Assembly (NCBI GenBank): GCA_905206455.1
Contig: CAJLHL010000001.1
Location: 4,191-68,190, forward strand
Direction: 5' to 3'
Length of the DNA: 64,000 nucleotides
DNA from: an uncultured Eubacteriales bacterium
Lineage (GTDB): Bacteria > Bacillota > Clostridia > Peptostreptococcales > Anaerovoracaceae
Within the stretch, counting starts at the first letter, position 1, and each line of letters starts with the position of its first letter. The notes under the pieces were generated by a model. The model searched no databases. It was given only the letters and a program-made list of their open reading frames with translations, and was not told the origin of the DNA. This document shows positions 7,876-16,697 of this stretch, piece after piece. The position numbers were made by a program, and so were the translations under genes.

Positions 7876-9237
7876 ATGGAAGCAGACCCCGATGGGAACA
7901 CAGTAATCTTTCAGCTATTGCTTTTGTTGTTATTTACTCTGATGAATGCGTTTTTTGCCGGTGCGGAAATGGCGGTAGTCTCGGTCAATCGGAACCGTAT
8001 CCGTTCGCTGGCAGAGGACGGGAACAAAAAAGCCCGGGTGATACAGGGGCTCTTTGAAGACTCCACCCGGTTTCTCTCCGCGATTCAGGTGGCGATCACT
8101 TTTGCGGGTTTCTATTCCAGTGCGTCGGCGGCTTCGGGCATCGCGCCGGTTCTCGCCGGCTGGATGAAAGAACTGCAGATTCCCTACAGTTCGGCAATCG
8201 CACACAACGGCGTGACGCTGCTGCTGATGTTTTTTAACCTGGTCTTCGGAGAACTGGTACCGAAGCGAATCGCGCTTCAGAAGTCGGAAGCTTTCTGCAT
8301 GCTGACTGTCATGCCGGTTCATTATATCTCGATCATACTCTCACCGTTTATCAAGCTTCTGTCGGTATCCACAAAAGGTGTGCTGCGGCTTCTGCGGATG
8401 AAAACGGAAGATGAAGAAGATGCGGTGACAGAGGAAGAAATTCTGTCGATGATGAAGATGGGTTATGAACGGGGAACTTTTGATGACAGCGAGCGCAGGA
8501 TGGTGCATTCTATTTTCGCCTTTGACGACAGAAGCGGCACGGAAATTATGGTTCCGCGTCAAAGGGTGACAGTTCTCGATATCGAAGAGCCCCTCGAAGA
8601 GATTATCGAGGAGGTTTTGGAGAGCAGATATTCCAGAATTCCGGTCTATGAAGAGGAAATCGATAATATCATCGGTATCCTGCACGTGAAGGATGTATTG
8701 CTGCGCATGGTAAAGGACGACGCGCCTTTCACGAAAGAGGAACTGCGCGGTATGCTTCAGCGGGCGTATTTTGTGCCGGAGAAGAAGGACGCCGATGAGC
8801 TTCTGCGCGATATGCAGAAAAACAGAGTGCGCATGGCTCTTCTCGTCGATGAGTACGGCGGTTTCTCCGGAATCGTTACGCTGAAAGATCTGGTGGAAGA
8901 GATCGTGGGCGATCTCCATGAGGATTCGGAACCTGCAGAGCCTGAGATCCTTCAGGTGAGCGAAAGTGAGTTTCTGCTGGACGGAAGTCTGTCCATCGGA
9001 GATCTTAACGATGAATTCGGTCTGAAGCTGGAATCGGAGGACTATGATACGATTTCCGGCTATCTGCTGGAGCAGCTGGGGTACATTCCGGATGAGAAAC
9101 ACAACGGATCGGTAGAGGCTTTCGGCTGGCAGTTCAGCGCAGCCAGGACAGAAGGAAACCGGATCTGCAGCGTATGTATGAAGCGGTCGGCTTCCGAAAC
9201 AGAAAACAGAGCGGAGTCTGTTCCGGCGGAAAAATAA
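7876..9237 (+). CDS. hemolysin-family / CNNM (DUF21)-CBS-CorC_HlyC membrane protein
   Basis: Has an N-terminal multi-TM DUF21 region, a CBS pair (IMVPRQRV..., VDEYGGFSGIVTLKDLVEEIVG) and a C-terminal CorC domain. The RBS is AGGAGG. Confidence 0.85.
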   Translation: MEADPDGNTVIFQLLLLLLFTLMNAFFAGAEMAVVSVNRNRIRSLAEDGNKKARVIQGLFEDSTRFLSAIQVAITFAGFYSSASAASGIAPVLAGWMKELQIPYSSAIAHNGVTLLLMFFNLVFGELVPKRIALQKSEAFCMLTVMPVHYISIILSPFIKLLSVSTKGVLRLLRMKTEDEEDAVTEEEILSMMKMGYERGTFDDSERRMVHSIFAFDDRSGTEIMVPRQRVTVLDIEEPLEEIIEEVLESRYSRIPVYEEEIDNIIGILHVKDVLLRMVKDDAPFTKEELRGMLQRAYFVPEKKDADELLRDMQKNRVRMALLVDEYGGFSGIVTLKDLVEEIVGDLHEDSEPAEPEILQVSESEFLLDGSLSIGDLNDEFGLKLESEDYDTISGYLLEQLGYIPDEKHNGSVEAFGWQFSAARTEGNRICSVCMKRSASETENRAESVPAEK

Positions 9238-9470
9238 TTCAGGTCGGGCAACATCTTTTTATAAATGAGCAGAGTTCGGAAGGATTCGTCAGATCGGAGT
9301 GTGAGTCTTGGATAGCGCCGCGGCAGCTGCTTAGGCTGCTGTATTCCAGTGGGAAATAGAGAATTTCTTTAACGCCCGAGCGGCATTTGCCGCCAAGAGG
9401 CAGAGGGGATGCCGGCGTTATACAACAGCGGATTTTCATTTTGTGATTTGAAGATAGACGTAAAGTTATC

Positions 9471-9499
9471 AAAACCGCCGGATGATTTCCGGCGGTTTT
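9471..9499 (+). terminator. rho-independent terminator, about 230 nt downstream of the CNNM gene
   Basis: aaaaccgccgg-atgattt-ccggcggtttt. Confidence 0.75.
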
Positions 9500-9704
9500 A
9501 TCGCTTTAAAGAAATACCAGCTGCATCAGAAAAGGTAAGATTGCATATAACACAGCCGATATTTGATATTTTAATAACAATGTGTTATGATTTGTACATC
9601 AAGTTGTTTATACTGGCGGGACTGTTGTTTTAGCCTCTGTTTTTGTCCGTCTGGTATCCGCGCCGGAAAAATTAGTTGGAATAGAAATGAGAAGAAGATA
9701 AGCT

Positions 9705-10295
9705 ATGAGAAAATCAAAAGAAGACACGCAGCTTACAAGGGAAAAAATTATCGAGTCCGCATTTGAAAGTTTTTTTGAATTGGGTTATGCGGAAACATCG
9801 CTGTCTCTGATCGCTGAAAACGCAGGGATGACGAGAGGCGCTATTTACTGGCATTTTAAGGATAAGAACGAACTCTACCGGGAAGTGGTCAAAATCGCGG
9901 CGGAAAAGGCAGATGTCGTAAAATTTGCCTATAGCCTGTCGGAGGATTTATCCTATAAGGAGCGCATGCTCAGTCTGTTCCTGTTTTCTCAGAATAATCG
10001 ATATGTGGATTTTATCTACAAGACGATCAACCAGATTTCGGTCTATAAAGAATTTGAAGATCTGTTTGAGATGATCAAATTAAACAAAATTAACCTTTTC
10101 AGGTATTTTGTGGAAGAGACGAGAATGCATATCCGTTCGGAGCATATTCGAAACGTCATGCTGCCGGAATATTATGCTTCCGATTTATATCTGATTTTTG
10201 AAGGTCTGTTTCTGACCAAAAATGTTCCCATCGGCCTGATCTGCGACAGAGAACATATAAGACAATATATCGATCTCGTTTTAAAAGATCTGTGA
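9705..10295 (+). CDS. TetR/AcrR family transcriptional regulator
   Basis: The N-terminal helix-turn-helix (AETSLSLIAENAGMTRGAIYWHFKDKNELY) is typical of TetR. Confidence 0.9.
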   Translation: MRKSKEDTQLTREKIIESAFESFFELGYAETSLSLIAENAGMTRGAIYWHFKDKNELYREVVKIAAEKADVVKFAYSLSEDLSYKERMLSLFLFSQNNRYVDFIYKTINQISVYKEFEDLFEMIKLNKINLFRYFVEETRMHIRSEHIRNVMLPEYYASDLYLIFEGLFLTKNVPIGLICDREHIRQYIDLVLKDL

Positions 10296-10304
10296 TTGCG
10301 GCGG

Positions 10305-10339
10305 TCCTTCCCGATGATTTCGGGAAGGATATTTTTTTT
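10305..10339 (+). terminator. rho-independent terminator
   Basis: tccttcccg-atgattt-cgggaagga followed by T8. Confidence 0.8.
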
Positions 10340-10382
10340 CCTGCAGGAAATAATGAAAATGTAAGAAAGGAGAAATGCCATT

Positions 10383-11051
10383 ATGTTTAAACATGAAAAA
10401 CAATTATTTCACCCGGTAGCGGTGGAACGTCCGAATCCTCAGTACGCCGTGCTCATGCAGGAACAGCTGGGGGGAGGAAACGGAGAACTGAAAGCGGCGA
10501 TGCAGTATATGTCGCAGAGTTTCCGCATCAAAGATCCGGAGATCAAGGATTTATTTCTCGATATCGCAGCAGAGGAATTAGGCCATATGGAAATGGTGGC
10601 GCAGACGATCAATCTGCTCAACGGTCACGATGTGGATGCATCCGCCGTAGGAGCGGGAGAAATTCAGTCTCATGTCATTCTCGGCCTGAATCCGGGCCTG
10701 ATCAATTCGTCCGGCTATTCCTGGACTGGGGATTATGTGACGGTAACCGGCGATCTGTGTGCAGACCTTCTGTCCAATATCGCTTCAGAGCAGAGGGCGA
10801 AGGTGGTGTACGAATATCTCTACCGCCAAATTGAGGACAAAAAAGTCAGAGAGACGATCGACTTCCTTCTCAACAGGGAAGAAGCGCATAACGCTATGTT
10901 TCGCGAAGCCTTTAACAAGGTTCAGGACACCGGTTCCAACCGTGACTTCGGTACGACTCAGGCGGCGAAAATGTATTTCAGTATGTCCAGCCCGTCGCCT
11001 GCGGATTCCGTATTTCCTCAGACTCGCGTGACTCCGCCGTCATTTCAGTAA
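10383..11051 (+). CDS. manganese catalase family protein
   Basis: The N-terminus MFKHEKQLFHPVAVERPNPQYAVLMQEQLGGGNGELKAAMQYMSQSF and the motif EELGHMEMV are hallmarks of Mn-catalase. Confidence 0.9.
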   Translation: MFKHEKQLFHPVAVERPNPQYAVLMQEQLGGGNGELKAAMQYMSQSFRIKDPEIKDLFLDIAAEELGHMEMVAQTINLLNGHDVDASAVGAGEIQSHVILGLNPGLINSSGYSWTGDYVTVTGDLCADLLSNIASEQRAKVVYEYLYRQIEDKKVRETIDFLLNREEAHNAMFREAFNKVQDTGSNRDFGTTQAAKMYFSMSSPSPADSVFPQTRVTPPSFQ

Positions 11052-11177
11052 AGTGCGGCGTTCGGAGTCTGTCTGATCGGATCGTCTGCGTAGAAAGGAC
11101 CGGATGTGATTTTATTGCAGATGAAGCTGTCCGGCGTTCCGGCGGAGGAATTGAAAAAAACTGACCTGATTAAAAAG

Positions 11178-11216
11178 TCCCGGTACAGACTGTTTTGTTC
11201 TGCACCGGGATTTTTT
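11178..11216. terminator. hairpin terminator shared by convergent catalase and citrate synthase genes
   Basis: The stem tcccggtacaga/tctgcaccggga (one mismatch) is flanked by an A-run upstream and T6 downstream. Confidence 0.65.
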
Positions 11217-11224
11217 CGTCTTTT

Positions 11225-12637
11225 TTATCTGTCTTTTAATGAAACATACAACTGCGGTGTCTTGACGCACTGATAAGCGGGACGCATGATACGGCCGCTG
11301 CACGCCAGCTCTTCAATACGATGGGCGCACCAGCCGGAAATCCGCGCACAGGCGAAGATCGGAGTGGCCAGATCAAGCGGAATATTCAACGCGTTGTAGA
11401 CGAAACCGGAGTAGAGATCCACGTTGGCCGGCAGAATAATATCCAGGCCGGTGGCTTCGGAGAATATTTGGGATCCTTTGGTCTCGATAAAATCATAGAG
11501 CATAAATTCATCCATGAGTCCGTTTTTTTCTGCCAGCGTGCGAGCCATCTTTTTCAGCAGCTGGGCTCTCGGATCGCTGACGGTATAGACAGCGTGTCCC
11601 AGTCCGTAGATCAGACCGGTGCCGTCGTTGGCCTCCCCGCGGATCACCTTGTAGAGATACTTTTCCACTTCGTTCAGATCAGTGATGTCAGATACGTTTT
11701 CTTTCAGATCTCTCATCATATGGATGACCGCGAGATTCGCCCCGCCGTGTTTCGGACCTTTCAGAGAACCTATGGCGGCTGAGATGGCGGAATACGTATC
11801 AGTACCGGTCGAGGATACCAGATGAGTGGTGAAGGTGGAATTGTTGCCGCCTCCGTGCTCTGCGTGGAGAATCAGGGCGATATCCAGCAGGCGCGCTTCC
11901 AGATCGGTATACTCGCCCATCGGACGGATGAGACGGAGAATGTTTTCCGCGGTGGACAGTTCCGGAAGAGGATAATGCAGATGCAGGCTTTGATTTTGAA
12001 AATGAGAGCGCTTTGCCTGATAAGAGTAAGCCGCGATGGTAGACAGACAGGAAATCAGATGAATCGACTGCCGCAGCACGTTGTTCAGGGAGGTATCCTC
12101 TGCTTTTTCATCGAAACTATACATGGAGAGGATGCTCCGCGCCATCTGGTTCATGATGCTCGGAGAGGGATTGGCCATGATCATATCTCTCGTAAAAGTG
12201 GGAGGCAATTCTCTCAGCCGGCCCAGAAGTGTCGCGTAGTCTTTTAGCTGCTCCTCCTCCGGAAGTTCGCCGAACAGCAGAAGATAACTGGTCTCCTCAT
12301 AACCGAAGCGCTTCTCCCGGATAGAGGCGTTTACCAGGTCTTCCACATCGATTCCCCGGTAGAATAATTTGCCGGGTACCGCGATTTTTTTTCTGTTTTC
12401 GTCGATATCGTAGCCTCTGACATCGGCGATATGGGTAAGTCCTACGCGGACTCCGGTTCCGTTCTTATTGCGGAGTCCCATTTTTACATCGTATTTATCG
12501 TAAAATGACTTGTCGATATCATTATTTTTGTGAAGAAGAGGTGCGACGCGGGTGATAAAATCCCGCTCGAGAACCCGTGTATCGTCCGGCAGACATGCCG
12601 TTATATCGCGGCCTCCTGGAAATTCTGTGCTTAACAA
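11225..12637 (-). CDS. citrate synthase (citrate/2-methylcitrate synthase family)
   Basis: LILHAEHGGGNNSTF and GLGHAVYTVSDPR are citrate synthase signatures. The start is TTG with AAGGAGGAG 5 nt upstream. Confidence 0.9.
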   Translation of the reverse strand: MLSTEFPGGRDITACLPDDTRVLERDFITRVAPLLHKNNDIDKSFYDKYDVKMGLRNKNGTGVRVGLTHIADVRGYDIDENRKKIAVPGKLFYRGIDVEDLVNASIREKRFGYEETSYLLLFGELPEEEQLKDYATLLGRLRELPPTFTRDMIMANPSPSIMNQMARSILSMYSFDEKAEDTSLNNVLRQSIHLISCLSTIAAYSYQAKRSHFQNQSLHLHYPLPELSTAENILRLIRPMGEYTDLEARLLDIALILHAEHGGGNNSTFTTHLVSSTGTDTYSAISAAIGSLKGPKHGGANLAVIHMMRDLKENVSDITDLNEVEKYLYKVIRGEANDGTGLIYGLGHAVYTVSDPRAQLLKKMARTLAEKNGLMDEFMLYDFIETKGSQIFSEATGLDIILPANVDLYSGFVYNALNIPLDLATPIFACARISGWCAHRIEELACSGRIMRPAYQCVKTPQLYVSLKDR

Positions 12638-12751
12638 TACTTCTCCTCCTTTCGCGTGTCTGGAATACTAAAATGTATAAATGTATGAATTTTATTATAT
12701 CGTATACAATTGAACTGCGCAATAGAATCTGCTGTTCCCTGCGCTTTTCCG

Positions 12752-12779
12752 GAAAAAAGAGCAGGCGGAAGCCTGCTCT
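12752..12779 (-). terminator. rho-independent terminator (minus strand) after the DUF4234-SHOCT gene
   Basis: agagcaggc-ggaa-gcctgctct followed by a T-run when read on the minus strand. Confidence 0.75.
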
Positions 12780-12816
12780 GATGCCGCAGAATACAAGATC
12801 CGCGGATGATATTCGA

Positions 12817-14217
12817 TTAGAGATTCAGGAGCTGTTTTTTCTTGGCGTCGAATTCCTCTTGTGTGATGATTTCGCTGTCCAGCAGTTCTTTGTATATCTT
12901 CAGTTCTTCTGCGATATCCAGACTTGATTTTGGCGCGGGAGAGTCTGCGGACTCTTTCTGCGGAGTCGGCTGAGAATCCGTAGCGCTGTCCGGAGTCTGC
13001 CGAAAATCCGGCGAACCGGATGCGGTCTGCGCCTGTGCGGTCGTTTCTTTCGAAGCATGTGCAAAGCCGGTGAAGCTGCCGGATGTATCTGACATCTGCT
13101 GAAAACCTGCCGGACTGCTCGGAGTCTGATGAAAAGACGGCTGTCTGCCGGCGCCGCCGGTTTCGATGTCGATGATGGCATTGAGTTTTTCCTGCATCAG
13201 CATCGGAGGGATGATTCCCACAAAGATCGCGAGGATGAGACACAGTACCGTCAGATCGCTGCTGACGCCGCGCGACGCCGCCAGTCGGTCGATTCTCCGT
13301 GCGCTCTGATAAACCCAGTAAATCAGATAAAACGGGACGAACATGCAGAGCAGCAGTTTATAGGTCGGGTTGCGGTATTCTTCCCCTTCGACTCGGTTCA
13401 GATATCTGGTAGTACGGTAAATCCAGATGAAATACCAGATGCCGAAGGTGAATAGGAGAAGCAGAATGTGTTTTACCAGATCGCAGTAACCGTCCTGCAT
13501 ATGGATCGGAGCGCCGGTTCCGTATTCATAAGGCGTCTGATTCTGCCGGCAGCCGGAGTCAGCGATGCCGGATGTATCAGACGATGTATCGTATGAGAAG
13601 GGAGACTGTTCGGCTTGAGGATATGCGAGCCACATGCCTGTCATCAACAGTCCCGCTGTGAGCAGAAGGGTCTGCAGGATATTGAAAAAACTGTGATAAG
13701 CGATACCGCCCATCCAAATGCCTCCGGAAAAAACGCTGATCAGAGCATAAATCAGAAGCCCGCCTGCAAAAGAGACTGCGGTCAGTGCGGCCGGAAGAAA
13801 CCAGATGTTCTTTACGAAAGTCTTTTGCTTCGGCAGACAGTCAGTAAAGGTGCAGACCGCCAGAAAGAGCAGAAAACCGTAAGCGGTCAGCGTGACCAGC
13901 GCAGGCAGTATGGCGAACAAATTGAAATGTTCGAAGACTCCGCTGAAATAACTGTATGTTCTTACACGGTAAGTGACGGTAGAAAATCCCTGAAAGAAAG
14001 AGATGAGTTTTGAAAATGCCAGTAAACCGATTCCGACGATTGGAAGAAAATCGCGTTTTTCCATGAAGAGAGCCGTGGCTGTCACTGCGTAGCCGGCTAA
14101 CAATAATACCGCGGCGAACGAAAAGAACCGGATCAGTGTAATGAGCTGAAATAGTGTCAGGACGGAGAAAATAATTCCGCCGATCAGACTGTATGAAACA
14201 CTGTTTTTTGTTTTCAT
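12817..14217 (-). CDS. multi-pass membrane protein with a DUF4234-like segment, a low-complexity linker and a C-terminal SHOCT domain
   Basis: Has about 8 hydrophobic helices. FGIWYFIWIYRTTRYLN ... FYLIYWVYQSARRIDRL resembles DUF4234. The tail IAEELKIYKELLDSEIITQEEFDAKKKQLLNL is a SHOCT motif. The RBS is AAGGAGA. Confidence 0.75.
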   Translation of the reverse strand: MKTKNSVSYSLIGGIIFSVLTLFQLITLIRFFSFAAVLLLAGYAVTATALFMEKRDFLPIVGIGLLAFSKLISFFQGFSTVTYRVRTYSYFSGVFEHFNLFAILPALVTLTAYGFLLFLAVCTFTDCLPKQKTFVKNIWFLPAALTAVSFAGGLLIYALISVFSGGIWMGGIAYHSFFNILQTLLLTAGLLMTGMWLAYPQAEQSPFSYDTSSDTSGIADSGCRQNQTPYEYGTGAPIHMQDGYCDLVKHILLLLFTFGIWYFIWIYRTTRYLNRVEGEEYRNPTYKLLLCMFVPFYLIYWVYQSARRIDRLAASRGVSSDLTVLCLILAIFVGIIPPMLMQEKLNAIIDIETGGAGRQPSFHQTPSSPAGFQQMSDTSGSFTGFAHASKETTAQAQTASGSPDFRQTPDSATDSQPTPQKESADSPAPKSSLDIAEELKIYKELLDSEIITQEEFDAKKKQLLNL

Positions 14218-14373
14218 ATAATAGTCTCCTTACAATTGTCAAGAATAGAAAGAATACAGTAAAAGTATCTTATTCTATTCTCCGCCGGCTGTCAATAAGA
14301 GGGCGGATCCCGCAGGCGGGGCGGACGGAGAAATAATTCGGAAAAGGACGGGGCTGTATTTTCTTTCCGGTTT

Positions 14374-14396
14374 TGTTATAATAAGAACACTTGTTC
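14374..14396 (+). promoter_or_regulatory. extended -10 promoter (TGtTATAAT) with an overlapping LexA/DinR (Cheo) box GAACACTTGTTC upstream of uvrB
   Basis: TGnTATAAT lies at 14374-14382. The perfect palindrome GAAC-N4-GTTC lies at 14385-14396 and matches the Firmicute SOS box CGAACnnnnGTTCG. Confidence 0.7.
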
Positions 14397-14535
14397 CGAA
14401 TGAGTTTCTATGCTATAGTTTTTTTGAAACAGAAAAGGATGGAATTCCCGTCGGCCGTCCGGGCGCGGGATGACGACGGACTTGCGGGAAGGAGCGGCGT
14501 ATCGTGCAGACCGGAGCCTTCAGGAGGAAAGTGCA

Positions 14536-16509
14536 ATGGAGTTTAAATTACATTCAGAATACCGCCTCACCGGTGACCAGCCTCAGGCGGTGGAACGGCT
14601 GGTATCGGGATTTCAAAGCGGAAAAAAGCAGCAGACTCTGCTGGGCGTTACCGGATCCGGAAAGACGTTTACCATGGCGAATGTCATCCAGCGTATGGGA
14701 AAGCCGACGCTGATCATATCCCACAACAAGACGCTGGCGGCGCAGCTGTACGGGGAGATGAAGGAATTTTTTCCGGAAAATGCGGTGGAATATTTCGTCT
14801 CTTACTATGACTACTATCAGCCGGAAGCTTACGTACCGTCTACCGACACGTATATCGAGAAGGATTCCGATATCAATCAGGAGATCGAGAAGCTGAGGCA
14901 TTCGGCGACGGCGGCTCTGTTTGAGCGCAGGGATGTCGTAATCGTGGCCAGTGTTTCCTGTATCTACGGCCTGGGAAGTCCGTCAGAGTACCGCAGCCAG
15001 ATGATTTCGCTGCGTCCGGGAATGGAGACGGACCGCAGAGAAATCATGACGGAGCTGGTGCGCAATCAGTATACGAGAAATGATATCGCTTTTGAACGGG
15101 GAACTTTCCGGGTCAGAGGCGATATCATCGATATTTATCCCGCAGGCGCGGAGCAGGCGGTCCGGGTAGAACTGTTCGGAGATGAGATCGAGTCGATCAA
15201 GGAGATCAATCCGGTGACAGGAGAGATTATCGGGGTGCGGAATCATATCTCCATCTTTCCAGCTTCTCATTACGTCACCTCAAAAGAAAAGACAGAACGT
15301 GCCTGCCTTACCATCGAGGAAGAGCTGGAAGAGCAGATCGAGGCCTTTAAAAAGGAAGGGAAATTGCTGGAGGCTCAGAGAATCGAGCAGAGGACGCGCT
15401 ACGATATCGAAATGCTGCGGGAAGTGGGTACTTGCAAAGGAGTGGAAAATTATTCCAGACATCTGACCGGACTGCCGGCCGGCATGCGTCCTTACACGCT
15501 TCTGGACTATTTTCCGGAGGATATGCTGATTATGATCGATGAATCCCACGTTATGCTGCCTCAGCTGCGGGGTATGTACGCGGGCGACCGTTCGAGAAAA
15601 CAGTCCCTGGTGGATTACGGTTTTCGCCTGCCGTCGGCCCTGGACAATCGTCCGCTCAATTTTGCGGAATTCGAGGGAATGGTGGACCAGATTCTCTACG
15701 TCAGCGCTACGCCCAACGATTATGAAAAGGAAAAGAGCGATTATGAAGTGGTGGAGCAGATCATTCGTCCTACAGGACTTTTGGATCCGCCGATCGATGT
15801 GAGAAAGACAGAGGGACAGATCGACGATCTCATCGGAGAGATTAATCAGGTCACCGCGCGGGGCGAGCGGGTTCTGGTGACGACGCTGACAAAAAAAATG
15901 GCGGAGAGCCTGACGGATTACCTGAAGGATGTGGGGATCAGGGTGAAATACCTGCACTCTGAAATCGATACTCTGGAACGCACGGAAATCATTCATGATC
16001 TGCGGATGGGCGTCTTTGACGTATTGGTGGGCATCAATCTGCTGAGAGAAGGGCTCGACATACCGGAGGTATCCCTCGTAGCAATTCTCGATGCGGACAA
16101 GCAGGGCTTTCTGCGCAATGAGACGTCACTGATCCAGACCATCGGAAGAGCGGCCAGGAACGAGCACGGACGTGTCATCATGTATGGCGACGCCGTCAGC
16201 CCTCAGATGAAAAACGCCATCGAAGTCACCGAGCGGAGGCGGAAGATCCAGGATAAATATAACAAAGAGCACGGAATTACGCCGAAATCTGTGACAAAAT
16301 CGGTGCGGCCTGCGGTCAAAGCGACGGAAGCGGCAGAAGAGGCGGATATCTATATGACGGACCGCAAGCCGTCGGAGATGACCAAGAAAGAACGAAAAGA
16401 GTACATCAAAAAGCTGGAAGAAGAAATGCGCGCGGCTGCGGCGGCGCTGCAGTTCGAACAGGCGGCTAAGCTCAGAGACCGGCTCTTTGAGCTGAAGGTC
16501 ATGCTGTAA
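14536..16509 (+). CDS. uvrB: excinuclease ABC subunit B
   Basis: Carries the Walker A motif GVTGSGKTF, helicase motifs and a C-terminal UVR domain ([21 protein letters not shown]). An AGGAGG RBS precedes the ATG at 14536. Confidence 0.95.
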   Translation: MEFKLHSEYRLTGDQPQAVERLVSGFQSGKKQQTLLGVTGSGKTFTMANVIQRMGKPTLIISHNKTLAAQLYGEMKEFFPENAVEYFVSYYDYYQPEAYVPSTDTYIEKDSDINQEIEKLRHSATAALFERRDVVIVASVSCIYGLGSPSEYRSQMISLRPGMETDRREIMTELVRNQYTRNDIAFERGTFRVRGDIIDIYPAGAEQAVRVELFGDEIESIKEINPVTGEIIGVRNHISIFPASHYVTSKEKTERACLTIEEELEEQIEAFKKEGKLLEAQRIEQRTRYDIEMLREVGTCKGVENYSRHLTGLPAGMRPYTLLDYFPEDMLIMIDESHVMLPQLRGMYAGDRSRKQSLVDYGFRLPSALDNRPLNFAEFEGMVDQILYVSATPNDYEKEKSDYEVVEQIIRPTGLLDPPIDVRKTEGQIDDLIGEINQVTARGERVLVTTLTKKMAESLTDYLKDVGIRVKYLHSEIDTLERTEIIHDLRMGVFDVLVGINLLREGLDIPEVSLVAILDADKQGFLRNETSLIQTIGRAARNEHGRVIMYGDAVSPQMKNAIEVTERRRKIQDKYNKEHGITPKSVTKSVRPAVKATEAAEEADIYMTDRKPSEMTKKERKEYIKKLEEEMRAAAAALQFEQAAKLRDRLFELKVML

Positions 16510-16697
16510 ACAATGCGTGACGCAATCGGCACATCGCATAATTACGCGGGCGATTATCGGGGAAGATGCGGAACGCAGACGGATAGTTCGGCAAACGGAT
16601 CGTAAAAATAAATGCCTATCGTGCAGAGACGATGGGTGAGGACGTCTGCCGTACGAATATGATAAGAGGAAAAACCGGGAAAAGACAGGAGTATTAT

